A stretch of 64,000 nucleotides of DNA. Source: Trueperaceae bacterium (GTDB taxonomy: Bacteria; Deinococcota; Deinococci; Deinococcales; Trueperaceae). This document shows, piece after piece, positions 56,471 through 64,000 of this stretch (position 1 is the first letter of the stretch; each line of letters opens with the position of its first letter). Location of the stretch: contig JAXHLW010000013.1 in assembly GCA_034521815.1 (NCBI GenBank), forward strand, positions 128,001-192,000, given 5' to 3'. Made by a program: the position numbers and the translations under genes. Under the pieces are notes generated by a model. The model did no database searches. It saw only the letters and a list, made by a program, of their open reading frames with translations, and was not told where the DNA came from.

Positions 56471-56716
56471 CGAGCCTTTCACCTCCGAGCGGCTGGACCT
56501 ACGGTCCAGCTAGCCACGAGACTCCCAACGGTCGGACGACATGAGCCTAGCATGAGCGCTCGAGGAGTGTGCGATGAGAATGGGCGCACGCGGCTGATCC
56601 AATCGAAGCGTCCTCGCCGATCGCCCCGCCGCGAGACGCTTCGCGAGACCGTTGGCGAGTCGAGCCGAACGGGGTCGCCGAAGGCCTGTCCTGCACACGA
56701 ATTCGGCATGCATCGG

Positions 56717-56763
56717 ACACCACCGATGGTGTTTCGCGCGACTCGATGCACAACATCTGGTAC
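56717..56763 (+). promoter_or_regulatory. Tandem NrdR boxes upstream of nrdJ
   Basis: ACACCACCGATGGTGT (56717-56732) and GCACAACATCTGGTAC (56748-56763), 31 nt apart, resembling consensus acaCwAtATaTwGtgt. Confidence 0.72.
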
Positions 56764-56958
56764 TCCGGGCGTGAACTTCGCCCTTGCCGCCGACGCCCTG
56801 ATTCTGCTACGTTTGCCGTCGTCTTGCGACCCGCGACCGACCGGGCCGATCTCGCCACGACGCACCGACGCCGTCGGGGCGTGGACCGAACTCGCACCGG
56901 TCGCTGGACTCCGCCTTCCGTCCACCGCCCGCACTCACGATCCCGCAAGGAGAGCACC

Positions 56959-59728
56959 GTGTCTGATCACTCGCGCCACGACGACCCCCGGCTCGCCGCC
57001 TTCGACCCCCACGCCGTCACGATCGCCAAGCGGCAGTACTTTCAGCCCGGCGACGACGATCTCGGTGGGCTGTTCCGCCGGGTGGCGGACTGGGTCGCGA
57101 GCCCGGAGGCCGATGGTCGTGAGCGCTGGGCGGACGCGTTCTACGACCTGATGGCCGACAAGCGGTTCTGTCCGGGCGGACGGGTCCTGGCGGGCGCGGC
57201 GACGACCCACGGCAACGTCCTGAACTGCTTCGTTCAGGACGGCAGCCCGGCCGAGGAGGGCGGCAACGCCTGGGTGCTGACGCTGGCGACGAAGCTGGCG
57301 CTGGTCACCAAGGTCGGGGGCGGCAACGGCCTCAATCTCGACCCGATCCGGCCCAAGCGGGCCTACGACGGCGCCGGCGGAACGCTGTACCTCACCATGG
57401 ATCCCGGCCATCCCGACCATCCGAAGGTTCGCGACGGGACGTTCCTGGACCTCGTCCATGGGAGCTACGTCACGAAGGGGTACCGGACGGCGCGCTTCGT
57501 CGAGCGCAGCGACCTGCCCTCCGGCATCGAGGTGCGGGAGGTGGGGGACAGCGTCGACGCCATCTGGAAAGCCGCGGGCGAGGCGGCGATGACGCTGCTG
57601 GACGGTCACGACCTGGTGCTGGACCTCTCTAGCCTGCGGGCCGAGGGCACCCCGGTGAACGGGTCGGGCGGGACCAGCAGCGGGCCGTCGAGCTTCTCCG
57701 TCGAGGTGTTCGACAACTTCGCGACCTGGGCGGCCCTCGGGGGCGCCCAGCACGCAGGTCCCGTCGCGACGTTGCGGTACGTCTTCGCGCCCACGCTCCG
57801 CGTCATCCGCCAAGGGGGCACCCGCCGCGGCGCCGGGATGGCGACGCTGTCGATCACCCATCCCGACGTCCGCGACTTCGTGACCGCCAAGGACCTGGAG
57901 CGGGAGCAGGACGAAGGCGACATCTCGACGTTCAACATCAGCGTGCTGGTGAGCGACGCGTTCATGGCGTCCGCCCGCAGCGCGGGCCGGGGCATGCTGC
58001 GCGAGATCGCTCAGCACGCCTGGTCGACGGGCGAGCCCGGCCTCATCTTCATCGACCGGATCAACGCGCATAACCCGATGCGGGCGGCGTACGGCGACAT
58101 CAAGAGCACGAATCCGTGCGGTGAAATTCCATTGTACGCCGGCGAACCGTGCGACCTTGGTGCGATGAACCTCGCGGCGTACGTCGCAACCGTCGGCATC
58201 GGTATGGACGGCTTCGACCGCGAGGGCTTCCGAGCCGACGTGGCGACCACGGTGCGATTCCTCGACGACGTTCTGGACGTCAACCGCTTCGCGCTGGACG
58301 ACAACCGCGTCATGAGCATGAAGCTGCGGCGCCTCGGACTGGGCGTGATGGGCCTGGCGGACGCGCTGATCAAGATGGGCTACGCCTACGACTCGGACGA
58401 CGGTCGCTCGGCTGTGCACGCCATGATCTCGGAGCTCCACGACGCCGCGGTGGCGGCCAGCGAGGCGCTGGCCGAGCAGCGGGGGGCGTTCCCAGCGTTC
58501 GACGCGGCGGACCTCGATCGCGAGCGGCGCAACGTCGCCGTGCTCACCGTGGCGCCGACCGGAACGACCAGCATGCTCATGGGCGTCAGCTCCGGCGTCG
58601 AGCCGGTGTTCGCGCCGTTCGTCTACCGGAAGATCGGGGACGGCTACGCCGCGCTCATCCATCCACTGTTCCAACAGCTGCTCGATGGGCACGAACCGCA
58701 CCCCGACTATCGAGAAGGACGGCGGCTGGGACTGGGACGCGGTCGTCCAGCGCGTCCAGGACAACCACGGCTCCGTGCAGGGCCTCGATTTCGTGCCGGA
58801 CGACGTCAAGGCGGTGCTGATCTGCGCGCACGACATCCGACCGGCCGACCACGTGAAGATGCAGGGCGTGGTGCAGCGTGCCTTCGACGGGGGCGCCAAG
58901 GCGGCGAACTCGATCTCGAAGACGATCAACCTGCCCAACGCGGCCAGCGTGGACGACGTCTTCGACGCCTACGCCCTGGCGTTCGACGAGGGCTGCAAAG
59001 GGATCACGGTCTACCGCGACGGCAGCCGCCAGTTCCAGGTGCTCTCGACGAAGGCGGCGAAGAAGACCGACACGGACGCCGACGCGACGGTCGACGGAGA
59101 GGCCGGTGCGAACGGGGAGGTCGCGGCGGCGAGCGCGCCGGCCCACGACGACGACGCGGGATCGGGCGAGGCTGGAGGCGCGGCGCCGGTACGCATCGCG
59201 CCGCCGACCGCTGCGCAGCCCACCGTCCGAGAGGCCAAGATCGCGGCGCGCGCGAGGAGCGTGGACCGTCTGCCCGGCGAGCCGCTGTTCGACCGGCCCA
59301 GCCGACTCGAGGGGTTCACCGACGCCGTCAAGCTGACGCTCACCAGCGGCGAGTCGCGCGGCTTCTACGTCATCGTCAACAAGCAGGACGGGCTGCCGAG
59401 CGAAGTGTTCATCCTCTCGGGCAAGGCAGGTGACGAGGCGAACGCCGACAGCGAGGCGCTCGGGCGCGTGGTCTCGATCGCGCTGCAGTACGGCGTGCCG
59501 GCCGAGGCGCTCGTGAAGACGCTCCGCGGCATCAACGGCGGCATGTACGGCAGCTACCAGGGACGCATGGTGGCGTCGAAGGCGGACCTGATCGCCGTCG
59601 CGCTCGAGACCGCCGGCGTCCAGAACGTGTTGAACAACGGCAAGGGCTGCCCCGACTGCGGCGCGCCCCTTCGGTTCGAGGAAGGCTGCATGAAGTGCGA
59701 GAGCTGCGGCTTCAGCAAATGTGGATGA
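56959..59728 (+). CDS. nrdJ: Class II (AdoCbl-dependent) ribonucleotide reductase; apparent frameshift near 58710
   Basis: PGGRVL, NCFV, QGGTRRGA, TGEPG, TNPCGEIPL, CDLG, VAPTGT; second frame has HVKMQ, ISKTINLP, KGITVYRDGSR, C-terminal TSCPD-like domain and CPDC/CESC zinc ribbon; AGGAG RBS. Confidence 0.92.
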
Positions 59729-59769
59729 GAAACCGACGTAGGACCGGGCGACCGACAGGCCACGGGACT

Positions 59770-60583
59770 CTAGACGTCGATCTGTCGGTAGCGTGCCTGC
59801 ACGATGGCGTAGAGCCCGTAGGCGATCAATCCGACGGCCAGGCCGCCCAACAGCCATGCTCCATACGGCGCACGGGCGGCGGCCCCCAACACCTCCGAGG
59901 AGCTCCCCGCCTCCTGCGGATCGATCTGCCACGCGGCCTGCACGAGGAAGAAACCGATCACCACGAAGACCGCGCCGCGCCCGATCAGGCCCGCAATGGC
60001 CAACACGTCCGCGATTCTCCTCCACCTCCGACATGTCGGCCAGATCCAGCTTGTCTCGGTACATCCTGCGGAAGGCGACCACGCCTGAGTTCACGGCCAA
60101 GGCGAACAGCGCCAGCGCTCCCGCCCCCGACCAGCCACCGTCCCCACGGCAGGGTGAGGACCCGCGCCGTCCACAGCTCCTGGCTCTGCGAATCGGAAGA
60201 CACGCCCATCTGCAGGAGCAGACGCCAAGCTTCGAGGGAGATCGACGCGTACGCCAGACCCGACACCAGGTAGCCGACTCTCTTGAGCAGTCCCTTGGCG
60301 TCGCGCCCCTTGCCCTCGACGTCCAAGACGGCTTGCGTCAGCCGCCAAAGCACGTACCCGACGAGCCCCACCGCGACGACCCCGATCATCGCCGTCCCGG
60401 ACGGCTGCTTGGACAGGCTCACGAGCGCCCCGGTCGATCCGGTGGCGCCGCCCCCGTGCCCAGCGCGACCTGACCGGCGAGAAGCCCGATCGCGACGTAG
60501 ACGATGCCCTTCACGAAGTAGCCGAGACGCGCGAAGCGCTCGACCCACGAGCCTACGTCGTTGTCGGGACTCCCGGTGCTCAT
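59770..60583 (-). CDS. DUF1206-like membrane protein, broken by three apparent frameshifts (near 60460, 60120, 60010)
   Basis: Fragments ARLGYFVKGIVY / QPSG..GYVLWRL / RRMYRDKLDL / GRGAVF..APYGAWLL..AYGLY..ARYR join into one repeated-helix protein. Confidence 0.72.
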
Positions 60584-60689
60584 CGGGCCGATCCCACGGA
60601 CGAAGGGTTCGATCGGCTCGGCGTCCGACACGCTCGGCGTGTGTGACGCGTACGTGTCGACCACGTGAACGACCCCTCAAACTGACTCC

Positions 60690-61595
60690 ATGAATCTCGG
60701 TGATCGCGCTACCGTAATCTACAACGCGGACTCGGGCGCCGGAAATGGCGTGGGCATCGAAGAGATCGAGCGATGCCTGCGAGACCAGGGACTCGAACCC
60801 AGCGTGCACGAGGCGGAGTCCACCTCGGACCTCGACGCGATCCTGTCAGAAGCCAGCGGCCTCGTGGTCACCTGCGGCGGGGACGGAACGTTCTCCGCCG
60901 CGTGCGCTCAGCTGGCTGGCCGGGACGATGTGCAGATCGCGCACGTCGCCCTGGGGACCGCGAACAACATCGCGTATTCGCTCGGCATTCCGCCTCATTC
61001 CATCGAAGCCCTGGCGGATCTCGCTTCGCGTACGCCACGGCGGCTGAATCTCGGCAAGGTGAGCCAAGCGGACAAGACCGCCCGCTTCGTCGAGGGGTTC
61101 GGTTGTGGCGTGTTCGCGGAGCTGCTCCACAGGTACGACACCAGCCTCGGCAAGAGTCCGATGCGCGCCTTCACGACCCTCATCGACGTGTTGCCGTCGT
61201 TCGAACCGGTGACCGTGAAGGCCAGTGTGGACGGCCACGACGTGTCCGGCGAGTACCTGATGTTCTCGGTCCTCAACATGAAGCGGATCGGCCCCAGATC
61301 GAGCTCTGCGCCGGACGCCGATCCTTTCGACGGACAGTTCGACATCGTCGGCGTGAAGCCGGACGAGAGGGACAGTCTTCTCGGGTACGCCAAGGCGAGC
61401 ATGGCCGGCGACGTCGCCGAGCTCGACGGCGTCGTCCTCCGACGAGGATGCGACGTGGAGATCGCCCCCGACGACTTCATCTTCCACATCGACACGGACA
61501 CGTTCGAGGCGAGCGCGAGCAACGAGGACGATTCGATCCACGTCACCGTGGACGAGCATGCGGTGACGGTGCTCATTCCGGACCGTTGCGCGTAG
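60690..61595 (+). CDS. Diacylglycerol/lipid kinase family protein
   Basis: YNADSG, GGDGT, LGTANNIA, EGFGCG, APDADPFDG. Confidence 0.85.
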   Translation: MNLGDRATVIYNADSGAGNGVGIEEIERCLRDQGLEPSVHEAESTSDLDAILSEASGLVVTCGGDGTFSAACAQLAGRDDVQIAHVALGTANNIAYSLGIPPHSIEALADLASRTPRRLNLGKVSQADKTARFVEGFGCGVFAELLHRYDTSLGKSPMRAFTTLIDVLPSFEPVTVKASVDGHDVSGEYLMFSVLNMKRIGPRSSSAPDADPFDGQFDIVGVKPDERDSLLGYAKASMAGDVAELDGVVLRRGCDVEIAPDDFIFHIDTDTFEASASNEDDSIHVTVDEHAVTVLIPDRCA

Positions 61596-62259
61596 ACCTG
61601 CACTGCCATAGCGAGGCGTCCGCGGACTGTTCGACCCCGCTGCGGCGACTCGGCGAACGCGCCATCGATCGCGGCGTTTCGGTGCTGGCCGTCACCGACC
61701 ACGACGCCATCTGGGGTGCCGAGGAGCTGGCCGCCATGAGCCGGACGGATCCTGCCTTGGAGAAGCTACAGGTCATCGTAGGAGAGGAGATCACGACGTC
61801 GCGTGGGGAGATCATCGGTCTGTTCCTGCGCGAGCGCATCCCTCCTGGAATCGACCCCCAGGAGGCCGTCCAGCGGATCCACGACCAAGGCGGCCTCGTC
61901 CTCCTGCCTCACGGGTTCGACCCCTTCAAGGCCGGACGGCTCCGCACGGACAGCGCGCGACGAGATCACCGCGGCCATCGACATCGTCGAAGCGTTCAAC
62001 CGACGCGATCAGCCTGCCGCGATTCAATCGGCGGGCCAGGGAGTGGGCCGCCGCGAACGGAAAGCCCGTGTCGGCCGGAACCGACGCGCATACGCTCGCG
62101 GAAGTGGGCCAGGCCTGGACCGAGGTGCCGGACGGGCGGGTCGAGTCGCCCGACGATCTTCGGGCGTTGTTGTCGAACGGCGAGATCCGAGGCGCGTGGC
62201 GTCAGCCGCTGATCGCGTACGTCGAGAAGGCGTGGTCGAGGATTCGCGGTGATTCCTAG
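61586..62259 (+). CDS. PHP-domain phosphoesterase (two apparent frameshifts near 61955 and 62010-62040)
   Basis: VDLHCHS, VTDHD, GEEITT, PHGF in one frame; IVEAFN in a second; GTDAH in a third. Confidence 0.8.
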
Positions 62260-62326
62260 CCTCCGGCCTCGCAGCCTCCGGCCTCGCAGCGTCCGGTTGC
62301 GCAGCGTCCGGTTTCGCAGTGTCCGG
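62260..62326. repeat. Degenerate 15-nt tandem repeat x4.5 (CCTCCGGCCTCGCAG), intergenic between convergent genes
   Basis: Read directly. Confidence 0.8.
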
Positions 62327-62362
62327 ATCACCTCGGACGCCTCGGACGTTGGCGGAGGACTC

Positions 62363-63022
62363 CTAGGCCCTCGCCTGCTCATTCGTGCCAACCGAATAGG
62401 CGGCATGCACACCGAGCACCCAGGCCGTGGCCAGGATCCACCCCGCGATCACGTCGGACGGGTAGTGCACCAGCAGGTACGAGCGAGAGACGCCCACCGC
62501 CAAGGCGAATGCCGCTCCGATCGCCAACGCCGGCCAACGCCACGCTGGAGCTAGGGCTCGAACCGAGAAGTAGGCCGCCAACGCTACCGCCGTGCTGCCC
62601 ATCGCGTGCCCACTGGGAAACGAGAACCCCTCGGCATGGACCAGCGCTTCGAAGGCCTGAGGGCGTGGTCGCTCGAAGACGAGCTTGGCCAGTCCACTGA
62701 GGGCCATCGCTCCGAACACCGCGAGCCCGACGAAAACGGCGGACCTGGACCGGCGACGCCAAAGAAGGACGAACACGATGACGGTCAGCGGAGCGAGGAC
62801 GTACGATCCGCCCACGACGTTCAGGATCCCGGCCACCAGGTCGAGCCCAGGCGTCCGCCATCGATCCAGGGAATCGAGGATCACCCGGTCCAGGCCGATC
62901 GCGTCCCGCTCGACGACCTCCTCGGCAAGCAGGGCGAACATGACCAGTAGTCCGGCGAGAAAGCCCCAGTAGAGCCAGAGGCCGGCCGGCAAGCGCTGGA
63001 GCAGTCGGATCAGGCGTTTCAT
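62363..63022 (-). CDS. PAP2 family membrane phosphatase
   Basis: KLVFERPRP, SFPSGH, SRSYLLVHYPSDV. Confidence 0.92.
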   Translation of the reverse strand: MKRLIRLLQRLPAGLWLYWGFLAGLLVMFALLAEEVVERDAIGLDRVILDSLDRWRTPGLDLVAGILNVVGGSYVLAPLTVIVFVLLWRRRSRSAVFVGLAVFGAMALSGLAKLVFERPRPQAFEALVHAEGFSFPSGHAMGSTAVALAAYFSVRALAPAWRWPALAIGAAFALAVGVSRSYLLVHYPSDVIAGWILATAWVLGVHAAYSVGTNEQARA

Positions 63023-63096
63023 AGGAGTTTCACAATACGTTGGATGTCCCCCGGATCTGTGGACCGGGCTCGGGTGTCGGGAAGAGGTCTGGAGCA

Positions 63097-64000
63097 TCAC
63101 AGCTGACCGACGGCCGCTGGCCTACGCAAGAGCACGAATCGTCCTGGGGTCCGAGTGCCGCCTGGGAGGCGGGTTCGGTGCCCTCGATCCGTTCTTCCCC
63201 CTTCACGCCGCGTGGTGGGCCGATCGGCCGTGGCGCCGTCCGCAGCGATCATTACGGGCACCGCCTCGGCCCGCGCGAAGCGCAGGTCGGGGCCGTCCCC
63301 GTCCGCGTCCGCGTCCACCAGCAGGTAGCCCCGTTCGAACAGCGCGTGCATCCCTGCACGGAGGTGCAGCCGCCAGGCGCGGGCTGCGTCCGGTTCGCGC
63401 CGACGGAGCGTCTGAGCGTCCGCCGGCGCGCTCAGACGCACGAAGATCCTCTCGCCCGGATCGGCGATCGCTCCGGACGGTGCACCGTCGTCGAGCCGAG
63501 GCCCGGGATCGTCGCTCCCGTTCGCCGTTGCGCGGCCCGCCCCCTCGCCACGCGCCGAGACGTCGCGGTAGGGTTCGCCAGCGCGAGCGCGGACCCGGGG
63601 CGAGTTCAGGTCCCAGACCACCTCGATCCGGTCGGTCGGAAGGCCTGCGTTCAACGCGTCGCGGAGCTCGCCGTACAGATCATCGAGGTAGCGGTTGGAC
63701 ACCCCGCCCAGTCGGCCCAGGTTGAGCCGTGCGTTGCCGTGCTCCAGCGGATCGTACGTCCACAGGATGCGGCCGATGCCCGCGCGGAGCGACTCGGCTC
63801 GTTGCGCCCACTTGAGCGCGATGCCCAGGCCCTGGCCACGGGCCGCGGGAGCGACGGCCAGCAGATGCGAGCAGAGCGCCGCCGTCCCGTCGACGTCGAC
63901 GCCGCGGAAGCCGAAGCTGAACCCGACGATGCGGTCTCCGTCGAACGCGCCCAGGAGCTGGCCGCCGTGACGCACCGAGGTCATCAGCACGTGGAGCGGG
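63097..64000 (-). CDS. GNAT family N-acyltransferase (5' end outside window; 3' end uncertain)
   Basis: SHLLAV..ARGQGLGIALKWAQR acetyl-CoA motif, WTYDPL..NARLNL, TDR. Confidence 0.82.
   Translation of the reverse strand, partial: PLHVLMTSVRHGGQLLGAFDGDRIVGFSFGFRGVDVDGTAALCSHLLAVAPAARGQGLGIALKWAQRAESLRAGIGRILWTYDPLEHGNARLNLGRLGGVSNRYLDDLYGELRDALNAGLPTDRIEVVWDLNSPRVRARAGEPYRDVSARGEGAGRATANGSDDPGPRLDDGAPSGAIADPGERIFVRLSAPADAQTLRRREPDAARAWRLHLRAGMHALFERGYLLVDADADGDGPDLRFARAEAVPVMIAADGATADRPTTRREGGRTDRGHRTRLPGGTRTPGRFVLLRRPAAVGQL

Noticed and set aside
56764-56958. Cobalamin riboswitch before nrdJ
   Set aside because: No recognisable B12-box (GGGAA...GCCACTG) elements; only an Infernal scan can fully exclude it.
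58685-59728. Natural split nrdJa/nrdJb or intein in nrdJ
   Set aside because: The break is mid catalytic domain, the second frame has no convincing RBS, one indel restores PDY-EKDGGWDW, and there are no intein terminal motifs.
59770-62259. Calling the DUF1206-like and PHP genes true pseudogenes
   Set aside because: Only indels, no nonsense decay, catalytic motifs intact, and the neighbouring nrdJ shows the same defect; sequencing error is more parsimonious.

Overview
A very GC-rich (roughly 70% or more by eye) bacterial chromosomal segment, most likely Deinococcota (Trueperaceae-like). The inference rests on a litR/carH-ldrP pair, a stand-alone dsRNA-binding protein, pervasive leaderless TANNNT promoters and diderm envelope genes. 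About 60 genes are present and most are housekeeping: rnr, carB, pheA, rnhA, acpS, rpiA, bcp, maf-mreC, leuS, lpdA, argF-argC-argJ, pilD, ffh-rpsP-khpA-rimM-trmD, malic enzyme, tRNA-Arg(CCG), purH and nrdJ. I see no CRISPR array, transposase, integrase or prophage. The best leads are: (1) an unannotated leaderless Leu-containing leader peptide with hairpins upstream of leuS, suggesting an attenuator; (2) a solitary decaheme cytochrome c built from a duplicated pentaheme module; (3) a multi-domain putative nucleic-acid reader directly after rnr; (4) a CarH-LdrP B12 light-sensing module with phased 11-bp operators but no adjacent carotenoid genes; (5) a GbsR-regulated LolCDE/LolA-like export operon with an outer-membrane partner; (6) a window-wide excess of 15-nt tandem duplications of unrelated sequence. 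About ten apparent frameshifts, including one in nrdJ, look like uncorrected sequencing indels, so the affected genes should not be read as true pseudogenes. All calls come from reading motifs by eye; no searches were run.
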